Below, piece by piece: positions 11,323 through 23,633 of a DNA stretch of 64,000 nt (its first letter is position 1; every line of letters begins with the position of its first letter). Below the pieces are notes generated by a model, which saw only the letters and a program-made list of their open reading frames with translations, did not search any database and had not been told where the DNA came from. Source of the stretch: Mayamaea pseudoterrestris (Eukaryota); contig BROI01000015.1 of NCBI GenBank assembly GCA_027923505.1, forward strand, positions 186,001 to 250,000. Direction: 5' to 3'. Position numbers and translations under genes: made by a program.

Positions 11323-13233
11323 ATGTGTGGAATCTTCGCCATCTTTTCGTCAAGTCTGTCAGAGTCTGACTTGCGCCGCCAACTGATCCACTGCTCGTCC
11401 CGCCTTCGTCATCGCGGACCTGATTGGTCCGGCTACAAGGTTATTGAGGCAGATCTTGCTATGGATGTTCCTCATCCTCATGGCATTGCGCATGAACGCC
11501 TTGCAATCATGGATCCAGAGTCTGGTTCGCAACCGCTTGTTTCGGCGGACGAGTCTGTCATTGTCGCGGCCAATGGAGAAATTTACAACTACAAGGAACT
11601 CTACACGTCGCTAGACAAGGAGTATCATCCAAAGACTGGATCTGATTGCGAGGTTATTCTTCCCTTGTACGAGCAGTATGGATACAACGTGGACCTTTGC
11701 AAGCAACTTCGTGGCATGTTTAGTTTCATTCTGTACGACCGCAAGACGGACTCCTTTGTCGTTGCTCGCGATCACATGGGAATTACACCACTTTACATTG
11801 GTTGGGGTAATGATGGTTCCATTTATGTCTCATCTGAGCTCAAGAGTCTTGTCGGCGAGTGCAGCAAGTTTCAGTGCTTTCCGCCTGGGCACTTGTATTC
11901 CAATAAGGGAGAAAATGCGGGCAAGTTTGTTCGATGGTATACTCCTACGTGGGCTCCGGAAATGAAGCCCGGCGTGCCCTTGCCGCAGGAGCCATACAAT
12001 GCGGTAAGTTATGCAGCAGTATTCTTATCAGTAGCAGCTTGTTGCGAAGAATCTTGTATATTGAGTGCATCTTGCATTTACTAACTGCTTTGCCCTCTCA
12101 CCTTATAAACGTTACAGGAAGTCTTGCGCAACGCCTTTGAGCGCTCAGTGATTCGACGCATGATGTCGGATGTTCCATGGGGTGTCCTTCTCTCGGGTGG
12201 TCTCGATTCCTCACTAGTGGCTGCTATTTGCGCACGCCATGTTGGCCGCCGGTCGGCTTCATTCCCCAAGCTCCATTCCTTCACCATTGGTTTAGAGGGA
12301 TCGCCCGACATTATTGCGGCCAAACGCGTCGCCGAGTTTCTCGGGACGACGCACCACTCGTACACGTATACGATTGAGGAAGGTGCCGATGCTGTCCGTG
12401 ATGTCATTCGCAGCATTGAAACGTACGATGTGACTACAATTCGAGCGTCCGTCCCAATGTACTTGATGGCACGCAAGATTAAGGCTATGGGCATCAAGAT
12501 GGTACTCAGTGGGGAGGGCGCGGATGAAGTTTTTGGAGGGTATTTGTACTTCCACAAGGCACCCAATGCACAGGAATTTATGGATGAGACGGTCGACAAG
12601 CTGAGTCGCCTCTACATGTACGATTGCCTTCGTTGCAACAAGGCCATGAGTGCTTGGGGAGTGGAGCCACGCGTTCCATTCCTCGATGATGATTTTTTAA
12701 GCGTCGCCATGACCTTGAACCCTGAAGACAAAATGATTAGAACGGGTCCCAGCGTCAGCAAGGAGGATCGACGCATCGAAAAATGGGCTATTCGCAAAGC
12801 GTTCGACACTCCCGATGATCCATACTTGCCCAACGATATTTTGTGGAGACAGAAAGAACAGTTTAGTGATGGAGTCGGCTACGGCTGGATTGATCATCTG
12901 AAAGAGCTGGCTGAGCGCGAGATTTCGGACAAAATGTTTGCAAGTGCCGCTAATCGATTCCCGTACAACACTCCTGCCACGAAGGAAGGCTACAGGTATC
13001 GAATGATATTTGAGGAAATTTTTCCAGGCGAAGCGGCAGAGCGCACCGTGCCGGGAGGGAAGTCCATTGCCTGCTCAACGGAGCGAGCCATGCAGTGGGA
13101 CGAATCGTTTAGCCGACGCAGCGACCCAAGTGGCAGAGCTGCTGGTGTACACGAGGCTGCCTATGAGCAGGATTTTGATGGTGCCCCTACCAATGGAAAT
13201 TCCGAGCCCGCGGCGAAGAAGCCCAAGGTGTAA
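11323..13233 (+). CDS. ASNS: Glutamine-hydrolysing asparagine synthetase; intron 12004-12117
   Basis: N-terminal MCGI (Ntn Cys), RHRGPD, HERLAI, NGEIYN, LLSGGLDSS, SGEGADEVFGGYLYF, WRQKEQFSDGVG. Confidence 0.98.
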
Positions 13234-13316
13234 AGACACGAAAAGAACAGTGTGCGATTGGAACCACGTTGACTCGAGCAATAGCACGCACGATTCAAGC
13301 GTTTAATGTTAACATG

Positions 13317-14534
13317 TTAAATTAGCGTGTAAAGGGCGTACTCAAGGTAGAATAGATCCCAAATATGCTTGTAGTACCGCTTGATCGATCCGGTGGATTC
13401 AGGATCGAACTGGCGATACCGCCATATAAGCATGCAAGCCAGCGTCCCGTGACCGCCAATCATGGCAAGGGAGTTGAAGGTTCCTGACCTAGCAAGCGCC
13501 CCATTTGCGACTGCTTGAAGATAGTTGGCAAGAAGACAAAATGTCGCTCCCTTGGCAATGCGAGGGACGCCGACTTTAGTTGCGAACGTTTCGATTTCAA
13601 AGGCCTGGATGGGAAAGCAAAAGAGGTAAGTTTTTCAATCATTGCCTATCCCCACACGCACAAATCCGTTCCGCACCTTGTCTCCTTCAATATCGGGCAA
13701 GTCTTTTGTGACTGCAATGACTGTAGCAAAGATAGTCATGAATCTCGCAATGAAGGCTACTTTTGGTGACCAGGAAAAGGATGCGCCAACAGCATCCTTT
13801 ACGGCATAGTAAATGCCAAAGTTGAGCAAAAATCCTCGCACCGTCGCAATCGTGAGACCTGCAAGAATAGGGTTTCGCTTCGTTCGAATTGGAGGCACTG
13901 AATATATCCCGCCAAGTACAATTCCCATGGCGTAAAGCTTAAAGAGCAGGGAAGGAAAGTTTTGGTAAACAAGCAAGGGCCCCACCAAGCCTGACAATGC
14001 CACCACAATCCAAGCGAATCGCTTTGTCATTTCTCCACTTGCTACTGGGAGAAACGGTTTATTCAATAGATCGATGTCCTTGTCAAAGATCTGATTAATG
14101 CCAACAATGAACGCATTTCCCAACAATAAAGCCAACATGCCAATCAACGCTCTTGGCAACATGAAGCCCCAGTTGGCATTCTGAATGGCACCCGGCGTGT
14201 CGATGAGCGCACGAGTTGTTCCAGCAATGGATGCAAGAATGGTGCCGCGAATCGTATGTGGTCGCGTAAACTTGTAGAGGGCCCGCAGTCTGGCCTTTAT
14301 GGATCCTGCCTGTGCATCGGATCGCGCCTTGGCAATGGCGTCGGGGTCAAAGTCACCTTCCACAGACATGCACAAGGCGGTCTTCGTTAGTAGATTGCTT
14401 TTCATTAGTAAATCAGGTGCATTCAATAGTGGCGTCGATAAAGTTGCTTGGGTTAAATGATGGTTTGTAGTAGCAGGAGCAAAAGCATGAACCGTCGTGA
14501 TGATCACGCATACCACAAACAGGAGGATGCGCAT
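13317..14534 (-). CDS. HST: Homogentisate solanesyltransferase (UbiA family), plastid-targeted; intron 13605-13676
   Basis: [39 protein letters not shown]-terminal [15 protein letters not shown] presequence. Confidence 0.92.
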
Positions 14535-15150
14535 GGGGCACTCGTAGTTTACCACAGACTAGTGATGTTCCTTGCAGCTTGCGAGATGTTTGCGTGATGG
14601 TGTACTAGTTGGTGATCTTTTTGTCTGACTTGGTCGTCGAATGGTGATGATGCTTCAATGCTTTGATGGACGCACTCGGCGTTTTGCGTAGCAGTCACTA
14701 TTGCGTGAGTCGTAGTGTGACACGGAGTGGCACTGACTGATGTTACTGAGTTGCATTGCCTTATTTCCGTGCGATTCATTGTCAAAGTTTCAATCGCCAA
14801 AGCGATTAGTCTTGTGTTGAAGACTCAAATTTGTCTTTTTACGGAACAATAGCTAAAGGTCGTATTTTACACGTAGGTATTACCGACTGAACGATTGAGT
14901 AGCAAAGCAGAGGTGCGGGTGATAGGTATGGAGTATGGACGCACACGCAACTGCCTGGGACTCAATTTCAAATGGCTGCCTCAACGCAGCAATCACCCAC
15001 GACAGGATGATTTATGATACTGTCCACGACGAGGAGAGGCAGATTGAGGCGTATTTCGATAGTTTCGAATGGAACACAACTTCGCTAGATCAATGAGCAA
15101 CACTGATGGAACGAATCACCAACTGAAGAATTGAGTGCTGCAGCAGCACC

Positions 15151-16407
15151 ATGATTGTCGCTCAAGAACAGACCCTTCGTCAGCCACCGGCAATTTGGAA
15201 GCAAGAGTCATGGACGAGCCATATGGAGCCAGAGCGAGATCATCCCGGTGTTGAACCTGAGCAACCTATTCATCGCTTTTCCATTTGCAAGGAAACGCTA
15301 GACATGCTACCAACAATCAAGGGCGTTCGCATTCCAACACCAATCTTTAACTTTACTGACGATAACATGTCTGCCGTTTTGGAGGTGGTCAATAGTGATG
15401 GCTGGTCCTCGGATGAAGACTCGAGAACGTCAACGACTCCGGTTATGATGCAGGACAGCATTCGAGCCATTCGCGATGAAACGATGCGAATGGAATCTAT
15501 CCTGGCGCTCGACAAGCTAGACACACTTATGAATGAACTACAAGTGATCAAGCGAGAACTTGCTAGTAGAAATGCTGAAATGAGTGAGCAGCGAGAATTG
15601 ATTAAGCTCAAAGAGAATCGAATTGCCATGCTTGAGTTGGAGCGCGACCTTTACAAGGCTGACAATACCAAGCTTAAGCAAGATTTACAAAGCATCTTGT
15701 CACAGCTGCAGGCATCAAGCGAGGTGTCTTCCCTGACGGACATGTACTCGCTCTCTAGTTCGGATCGATCTGTAAATTTTGATCATTTTGAGATTGCTTC
15801 CGTGACTCACGACGCGTCGAATGGTGGGCCGTCCTTGTCGGACCAAAGCTTCTCACCAGAGACCTACCACGCTCGGAGGGAAACCGAATTCTCGCCCCGA
15901 AGCATGGCGCGGTATATGGCCATGTCTGATTACAGTGCCAAGTCGCAAAACTATGAGAAGATGTGCTCGACGAACAAGCTACGCCAATCATGCTCGCGCC
16001 TCCTGCTCAAACTTGTCATGCAGCGCCAAGCTGCTAGTAGCACCACAACGCTGCTCCCACCATGCTCACTTAGCGGCTCGAGCTTGCAAACTTGGTCATG
16101 CATGAGCGAGGGGTCATCGGTCGAGTCGCAAGTGCGTCACTTGCATGGACGATTGAAGAGCAGCATGGATTTATGCCACGAACTTCGGAAGCGACTTGCT
16201 CTGGTTGGTCACTACTATGAAAAGCTAGTCCAGCGACTCCAAAATCGTCTGGCGAGTGTCACTAGTGACAAGAAACAGATTGAGGCAGACCTTGTCCTTC
16301 AGTTGTCTTCTACTGGCATGGGCAAGCAGCACGCCTTTCGCATCCTCGAGGCAAAGCTTGGAGAAAAGGAAGCTGTTATTGGTAATTATGTGCGGAACAG
16401 CAAGTAG
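15151..16407 (+). CDS. Hypothetical coiled-coil protein
   Basis: 418-aa ATG ORF with two heptad-rich segments. Confidence 0.65.
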   Translation: MIVAQEQTLRQPPAIWKQESWTSHMEPERDHPGVEPEQPIHRFSICKETLDMLPTIKGVRIPTPIFNFTDDNMSAVLEVVNSDGWSSDEDSRTSTTPVMMQDSIRAIRDETMRMESILALDKLDTLMNELQVIKRELASRNAEMSEQRELIKLKENRIAMLELERDLYKADNTKLKQDLQSILSQLQASSEVSSLTDMYSLSSSDRSVNFDHFEIASVTHDASNGGPSLSDQSFSPETYHARRETEFSPRSMARYMAMSDYSAKSQNYEKMCSTNKLRQSCSRLLLKLVMQRQAASSTTTLLPPCSLSGSSLQTWSCMSEGSSVESQVRHLHGRLKSSMDLCHELRKRLALVGHYYEKLVQRLQNRLASVTSDKKQIEADLVLQLSSTGMGKQHAFRILEAKLGEKEAVIGNYVRNSK

Positions 16408-16694
16408 TTTTTGCAGCATTTGATTGAACTAAAAAAGAATTATTTTGCTTCAGCATGCTTGGGCATACTCCAGTACATGATACATATAGCTAAAACACCT
16501 CGTTACGCGTGGAGTAATCTTCCATAAGTCATATCGGTATTGGAACGTCACACGCAACAAAGTCGCTTCTCTCACCATGATGTTATGATGGGCGAGAGGC
16601 CATCAGTTGCAATTGTAAGTCACGCTGTACAAAGTGAGCAGATATCAAGTCACTTTCCTGATAATCATCATAACAGTTAAAGCAACTTCCAATC

Positions 16695-17186
16695 ATGCGA
16701 TCCACTTTTAAAGTCATTTCATTCATCTTGCTGTTTGGCGTAGGACGGGCCTTCGTCATCCATAATCCTGTTGCCAAGTTGAAGCATTCTTCCTCGGTCG
16801 TGTACGCTGGAATGGCTTCCCCGGAAGTGGAAACAAAGACCAAGGTGAAGCAAGAGACAAAAACTCGCCAAAAGGTCTACCACAAGGAGACTGTCCGAAC
16901 GGGTGACCCGGTCAGTCGTCGAGACGAAGAATTCGAAGACCCTCCTATGTTTACATTAATGTTACTTGGAGACGACGGGTACGATAAGGAACATGTTATA
17001 CTGCGTATGTGCTCCGTTCTTGAAGATTTGGATGAAGATCGAGCGATGGAAGTTTTCCAACAGGCTCAGGCGAGCGGCAAAGCAATGGCTGGAATCTATC
17101 CGTTTGAGAAGGCGGAGCTTTACAAAGAACAATTGCTTCGCTCCACTCCAATGATATTTGCAGACATGGTTGAGGATAAAAATTAG
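16695..17186 (+). CDS. clpS: Plastid ClpS (N-degron adaptor of the Clp protease)
   Basis: PPMFTLMLLGDD...EHVI...A+EV...A...GKA...EKAELYKEQL matches ClpS; GRA-FVI presequence. Confidence 0.8.
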   Translation: MRSTFKVISFILLFGVGRAFVIHNPVAKLKHSSSVVYAGMASPEVETKTKVKQETKTRQKVYHKETVRTGDPVSRRDEEFEDPPMFTLMLLGDDGYDKEHVILRMCSVLEDLDEDRAMEVFQQAQASGKAMAGIYPFEKAELYKEQLLRSTPMIFADMVEDKN

Positions 17187-17254
17187 ATAGTTTGTTTAAC
17201 CTGTGAAATTATAAAGAGTTGGTGTGTATATGTCCGCAGCGGTAACGAGCAGTA

Positions 17255-20200
17255 CTATTGGTGATCTGCTTCGATGTCGATCGAGGGTTCCCTAGAAGCA
17301 GGCTTCCGCCGAAAGGCCCTCCTACTGCTGGCTGCCGGACGCGATGGATCAGCTGGAGAATCAACAGATCCTTCGTCTCCGCTGTCGACCGTCTTGCCCA
17401 TTGCTCCCATCAGTGGCGCCATCTCCACGTCCGACCGTCTGCGTTGGCCGGGGTTGATGCCAAGCTTTTGCATCATATAGTACGTGTAGCCACCTTGAAT
17501 GAATACTGTGAACATTATGCACGCCGAGGTCATGGCTTTCATCTCAGGCTTTAGACGAGTACCTTCACCAGTAACCGTATCATATAGAGGAACGTGCTCG
17601 ACCAAGGCAAAGCTCATGGCACCTCGCAAGCCTGCAAACCAAAGCACAATCTGCATGCGCTTGTCGATTATGACACCTGTCTGCTGAGCTCCTTTCGACA
17701 CAGATTGGCTGTGGCAACTCATTCGACTGTGTTGTATGCGGGTGATAAAGTTAGCACAGTGGCTCAAGGTAGGGATCATTAGTCCGCGGCTGGCACTGCA
17801 GGCAGCAATTGCAATGATGGTGTGAAAAAAATTCCAGTGGTAGCGATGACTAAAGAGAAAGAGACCGAGATAGGCAAATATTGCTGTCTCCATCGTCGTC
17901 GATATAATCTCTGTGACAAACCCTATATGCTGACGAGCTTCGTGGGACAGTAGTCCTTCCGGTGAAAATATAGCTGGTCGGCCTGCTTTAAAGTTGCCAT
18001 TATTTTTGCTCATGCTGGCGCCGTGCTCGTCCAGTTCGTCAGCCGTTGGAACTGGTGGCTTTTGTCCGATAATGTGGACGTCCATGACAAAACCGACAGC
18101 GCTAAGAATAAACAAGATCGTGACACGTGAGACAGATTGGTACCAACCGTCTTTCACACAATCAAACAAGTTATAATAAACGTACACTGCCGCAACGATT
18201 CCAGACCACCCGATGCCATCGCAGACATAGTACGGGAGAAGAGCCCAGCAGCAAAACATGAAGACTTCAACAAGGGGTGTCTGACATCCGTGGAATACCC
18301 AGTAATATGCCGTAGCAAGGTAACCGCTGGCAATTCCAACCAGGAGCGAACCAAAAGCGACAATCACAAAATGTACCGATGCTGCAACAATTGATTCCTT
18401 GTCAATAATCAAAGTTTCGTCCATGAAATGTACCAATGTATTGAAGAGGACAATAGCGACTCCATCATTCAGAAGCGACTCGCCGAAAATAACCACGTAT
18501 ATTGTATCAGTGTCCGACATGCCCATGTTGCTCAGAACGGAAAGCACCGCGATGGGGTCGATAGATGATATGAGAGCGCCGAATGTGAGCGATTCCACGT
18601 AGGGAATCGGAGTGCAGACGCGCGAGAACAGGGTGGTGCCGTGGTGTACCACAAAAGCAGTCAAAGCGGTGGACATCAGCGTGCCAATGACAGCATACAA
18701 AATAATGGGTACGATATGTCGATTGAACGCCCGCTTATCAATGCTCAGCGCCGCTTCGAAGATGATGGGGGGTACCAAAATGCGCAGAAACCAGTTTCCA
18801 TCAAACGAAAAATCATGATGAGGAAGATACAATATTATATACCCACTCAAGACTGTGGACGGAAAGAAATGGTGAGATAAATTGATCGCAAGATGACATA
18901 TTGCACCAATTCAATTACTCACCGCCAACGATGATGCAACCTGCAGCCTCTGGCAACCACAATACTTTAAAATGTCGAATCAAGCTCTTCACCATTCCGC
19001 AAAAGGCCATGACAAAGACGACAAAGAAAAGGCGTCCGTCTGAAATGTCTTCCTCCTCGTCTTTGCTGCAATTCTCATGGTAGACATTTAAAATCGAGGC
19101 GCAGCAAGTCCGAGCTTCAATCGAGGTTGGATCATTCAATAACGCATTTACTGCAGCACTAGTGTCTGAAAGCGCCTTGGACGATTTCGCCGCGTCATCG
19201 CGCGCTTCGGCTGCATGCTTGGACAAGGATTGGTTGACAGCCTTCTCGATTGTTCCATCGCTTTGATGAATCATCAACATTTCGCCCGCAACCTTTTCGG
19301 AAATGTGTTGATTCGTTGTGGGAATATCCAAGGATGGTGGCGGTGGTTTGATGACATTGGATGTATTCGTTAACGAAACCGGCTGAGGCTCAGAGTCTGT
19401 TACGTCGTCGGGGGTCTCGTCTGTCGCCTCCTCTTGCTCCAGCCGCCTTCGTCGCCATTGCTTCTGTACGTCTTGTCGAAATAAAGAGTCGATATTTTGT
19501 TCAACGAGGCAAACAGCGTCGTCATACGCATTCACAATCTCCTCATCGGCAAAAAAGAAGACCGGCTTTTGGCCAAACACGTAGTTGGTAATTCGATCAT
19601 ATAGTCTGCGTGTACGAAACAGAAGCAGTCGTGCCCTGTTCGCGTACTGTATCTTGTCCGCAAACCTTCTATAAAGCACAAGCGTCCGATGCCCTTCTTC
19701 GCCCGTGTTATCATTGCTGCAAGTCTTGTCAAATGCCTTTTTCAATCCTTCACATTCATCCTTGGCGTCAGTCGCGTTAATGACAAAATTGACAACCGAC
19801 TTGCGGCAGAGCAGCGAGTCGGCAGCATGTAGCGTGGTTGTTGATGCCGCACCAGGGACCTTGTCATCCTTGAAGTGTTGGATCTCCGAAGGCGATTCGG
19901 CCACGGAGGCTGCTCGCTTGTCCTGTGCCACGTGCAATCCATGAGCGGGCGCAGCAACACCCACCATACGTTCAGCCGACATCTGCAGTTCGAGTTGCTC
20001 CAAAAGCGATTCAATCGTTTGATTTTCAGCCAAGGCAACTGGTGGACTGTCAACATCCCATAAATTTTGAATTGATGGTTGTTGTACTCTCTTGTTTGTT
20101 ATAAATTGTGATGACATGGTGGCGTGAGAGCCTTCGTCTTGCAGCGAAATGAAATAACAAAAGCCCAAGAAGCAAGTGGTTATCCCGAAAAGCAAAGCCT

Positions 20201-20375
20201 TTCGTCGTACTCGACACAGCATCGCTTGTGAACTCTGCTCCAGTACAGGTGTATCGGGGATGGTAATGTTGCTGGCAGTTACTCCCTCGGCAAAAGAAGC
20301 GGAAACGGCTCGTGCCGCAAGAGGTATGTCCGTCGATCCACCGATACTACCAGTTCCTCCCGGCGGATCATTCAT
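17255..20375 (-). CDS. CPA1 Na+/H+ exchanger (NHE/NHX) with long N-terminal extension; introns 18853-18922 and 18102-18185
   Basis: LVPPIIFEA, FGALISSIDPIAVL, IFGESLLNDGVAIVL, WFAGLRGAMSFAL; splice sites join ORFs 18915..20375 and 17255..18850. Confidence 0.93.
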
Positions 20376-20742
20376 AGTTACAATAGCGGCAATTGTGGAA
20401 TTTGCTTCACCTAGTCTTTGAGGGTGTACAAAGTGACCAACAGGTCTGATTGGAGAAAGAAGAGTTGGAATCGACGAAAGGGACGAATGGAACCATGCGG
20501 CGAGCGGCGAGCCGTTCGGTCACGTCGCATCGAATCCAAGGTCATTTCAGAAACGGTCAGACACGTCAAGGCGAGCGGGGCGAGCATGCAACGGCTCGTG
20601 TGGCGGCGCGGCGAGGCGCGACATCCGCGCATTGGAACGCAAGTCGCAAACCTTGACCGACCTTCTCCGTCAATCTCTTGCCTAAACCACGGTATATCCT
20701 CCAAGAATTCTTGTAGAGCATTTGTTTCATAAGACCTCCGTT

Positions 20743-22575
20743 ATGGCTGCTGTTTCAGGAAAGATCACGCTCACAGTAGATGGTGTTGAGTTCGCGATCA
20801 TGCCCATGAATGGCAACGAGTCGGGCCAAGTTTCTTTTCAAAGACTGGAAAACGTCTTCATAGTTCATTTCAACAACTTCTCAGGTTCCATGAGAGTTGA
20901 AAGTGAAGCGACCATGAGCTTTGATGGGAGCACCAGCTGCATGGAACTGGCAGACACCAAGACGCCAAAGACGAAGAATGGATCGAGCAGCAACGAAACA
21001 CCAGCTTCGCAGAACGAATGTGCAGTACACGAGACACCCGCCCCTCAAGCGAAGCGTTTCAAGTCAGAAAACGAGAAATCAGAAATAGGCCTGCATGAAG
21101 AGGTGGCTGCAGGTGATAATGACGATGTTGCTTCTTTAGTCAGCGGTTGTCCGGAAATGATGATTCTAGCGAAAGAAACGCAATTAACGCAAGACACCTT
21201 GCCTACAATTCTGGGCCAGCCAGACTGCTCGCAAAGTAGTCAGTTCGGCAGCATGGGACATTCCTTACAGGATGACATGGAGGTGGATGATGCTCAAGGT
21301 ACCGAAGAATGTTACGGGCGCGCGGATTCGCGGCCAGAGTCGTCTCGGGTGCAGGAAATCATGGATGAAGTCGCAAATGCATCAACTCAAATGACTGCCG
21401 ATAGTCAGGGTTCTGAAACCGAAGAAAGTTTTCAACACCCTACTCCGGCGCGCGTCTCGCTAGGTGGCTCCCCTGTGGCTTCTCCGTCGCATCGACAGGA
21501 ACCGCCGTGTCGCCGATGGGGTCACTCCATGACGTTTATCGGCAAGGATCGCATTTTAGTCTACGGAGGACAAACGATCGATTCTGACACGAATAAACCT
21601 ACAACGCTCAGTGATATTCACGTTTTCAATCTACAGTCCAACACTTGGTTCCAGCCTCGCGGTGTACAAACCATGCCGCGTCAATGGCACACGTGCTCAT
21701 ACCTTCCTGATCGTCAGCTCTTGGTTGCGTTTGGAGGCGAAGCTACAAAGGAACCAAAGACACCCAAATTATCAGCGCCCGCGACTGGTCCTAGTCTGAT
21801 GGTCCTGGACTGCGAAATCATGCTTTGGTATCCGCCGGTTGTTTCCGGTGAAGTTCCGTCACCCCGGTCCGGACATACGGCCACTTTGTTGGTGGATATT
21901 AACCAACTCGTACTCTTTGGTGGTGTTCAGTCCGCGAGCCAAAGAGGAGCTGGAGGTGGTCAAAAGTGGCTCAACCGCTTGTCGGTACTCGACACTCTTT
22001 CCTGGAAGTGGTCGTCACCCAAAGTTCATGGCTCGCCGCCCAAGCCACGATCCTACCATTCGGCCACCGCCGTCAAGGGTAATCGCATCGTAGTTTTCGG
22101 TGGAAACGATGCCGATGCAAGCTTCAGCACTGTTCATGTATTGGAGCACGTTCTGGCTGGTTCCAATCTTCAAGATGCTAAAACACAATGGCGTTGGGTT
22201 CATCCGACGGTCACAGGACGACCGCCAAGCGCTCGAACAGGACACTCGGCGACCGTACTGAGCGACAACAAGACGATATGCATCTATGGCGGATGGGATC
22301 CCAATGCCGACGATGACCAAGCCATTGGCGATGACGATTCGTTCATGATTTTCGATGACTGCTTCCTTCTGGACACGGAAACGTGGATTTGGAAAGCATG
22401 CTCTTCCAAACCACTGTATGCCGATGTGCCTCTACATGTTCAGGGGCTTGATGGAGGCCCTCGTCGAGTCGGTCATACGGCAATCCTCGACGACAAGAAT
22501 GAGCGTGTGCTGGTCTTTGGTGGCCGAATTCCTCGTGATCGTTTTACGGGCGACTTTCAGTCGATTTCTTTGTAA
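20743..22575 (+). CDS. Kelch-repeat beta-propeller protein with acidic disordered N-terminus
   Basis: Six R-x-GH/WH/YH...FGG/YGG...W repeats. Confidence 0.9.
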   Translation: MAAVSGKITLTVDGVEFAIMPMNGNESGQVSFQRLENVFIVHFNNFSGSMRVESEATMSFDGSTSCMELADTKTPKTKNGSSSNETPASQNECAVHETPAPQAKRFKSENEKSEIGLHEEVAAGDNDDVASLVSGCPEMMILAKETQLTQDTLPTILGQPDCSQSSQFGSMGHSLQDDMEVDDAQGTEECYGRADSRPESSRVQEIMDEVANASTQMTADSQGSETEESFQHPTPARVSLGGSPVASPSHRQEPPCRRWGHSMTFIGKDRILVYGGQTIDSDTNKPTTLSDIHVFNLQSNTWFQPRGVQTMPRQWHTCSYLPDRQLLVAFGGEATKEPKTPKLSAPATGPSLMVLDCEIMLWYPPVVSGEVPSPRSGHTATLLVDINQLVLFGGVQSASQRGAGGGQKWLNRLSVLDTLSWKWSSPKVHGSPPKPRSYHSATAVKGNRIVVFGGNDADASFSTVHVLEHVLAGSNLQDAKTQWRWVHPTVTGRPPSARTGHSATVLSDNKTICIYGGWDPNADDDQAIGDDDSFMIFDDCFLLDTETWIWKACSSKPLYADVPLHVQGLDGGPRRVGHTAILDDKNERVLVFGGRIPRDRFTGDFQSISL

Positions 22576-22676
22576 AACGACTCTAGATTATCATATGTTG
22601 ACATTATTCAATTAATGTACAAGCGACTTCTAAGTATGTAAGTACTGAGCTAGAGCCAACGACGTAACATCAAACA

Positions 22677-23132
22677 TCATACTTCTGCGATAAACGACGC
22701 CCATGCCTTGTGAGACTCCCACAACTTGACGCATACTTCACCTTGAAAATTGGGGCACTCTTGTTTGAGCAAAACTTTTATATCAGAATGGATCTGCCGA
22801 CACATGAACTCGGTCGTTGTCAAATCCTTTTTCGGGAATAGTTCGTCGAGGTTTTTGTAGTTATACCTGCGAAGAACTTGCGACAAGATTTCAGAAGCCT
22901 TACCAATATCAATTACCCAATTCGTTTCTTCGTCAAGAGCATCAGTGCAGAAATCAACGTCGCAAGTATATGTTGCTCCATGTAGACCACCTGCTGGTCC
23001 AAATGCTTGGTGCCGGTGAAAGCTATGAGCGATCATGAAGGAATCACGTATTCCAAGCTTGAACGAACGGTCAGCTCTTACAGCAACAAGCAAAATAGAT
23101 ACGAAGAGCAACTTGTCCACTGAAAACATCAT
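22677..23132 (-). CDS. 6-pyruvoyl-tetrahydropterin synthase/QueD (COG0720) family protein
   Basis: FMIAHSF, LHGATY, NYKNLDE, TTTEF, LWESHKAWASF. Confidence 0.85.
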   Translation of the reverse strand: MMFSVDKLLFVSILLVAVRADRSFKLGIRDSFMIAHSFHRHQAFGPAGGLHGATYTCDVDFCTDALDEETNWVIDIGKASEILSQVLRRYNYKNLDELFPKKDLTTTEFMCRQIHSDIKVLLKQECPNFQGEVCVKLWESHKAWASFIAEV

Positions 23133-23633
23133 CGTTGACTGTAGGCAGCGATACTTGTGGTGCGCGATGGTTCGTCCATCACATGGGAGAGAAGATGTTG
23201 TGAGATTGCGACCAGTTGTGATGAGTCCCGCTACGATTTCAGTGCGTTTTCACTTGGCAGTTGCCGGCTCGCGCATGGATACGTTATCTCACCTAAGTAT
23301 TTTTGGAGTATGTGCTTAAGTAACCATCTTTCAGTGATCGAGCGATAGTCGGCGAACACAATTTAGCGTTGCATCACCAAAACTGTTTCTCGTTCTTGAA
23401 CACTCCTACCACTATATTGCTGTCAGCCGAGGCACGACGCTAGTTGGAGAGGTAGAAAATCCGAGTTTCAGAAGTGTGTTTGGTGGCAGCGTTGCTCTCG
23501 ATAGTCATCCTTCATTGTTGTTATCAGATTAATCAAAAGCTGATTCTTCTCGATTGTCTACCGAACATACGGTCGACAATCCAAAACGACGATCAAGACG
23601 GCTTCACCACTGAGCTACATCTTGCAGGCAGCG

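Noticed and set aside
11323..17186. Functional gene cluster (ASNS, HST, ClpS)
   Set aside because: Unrelated pathways; tight spacing is normal for diatom genomes
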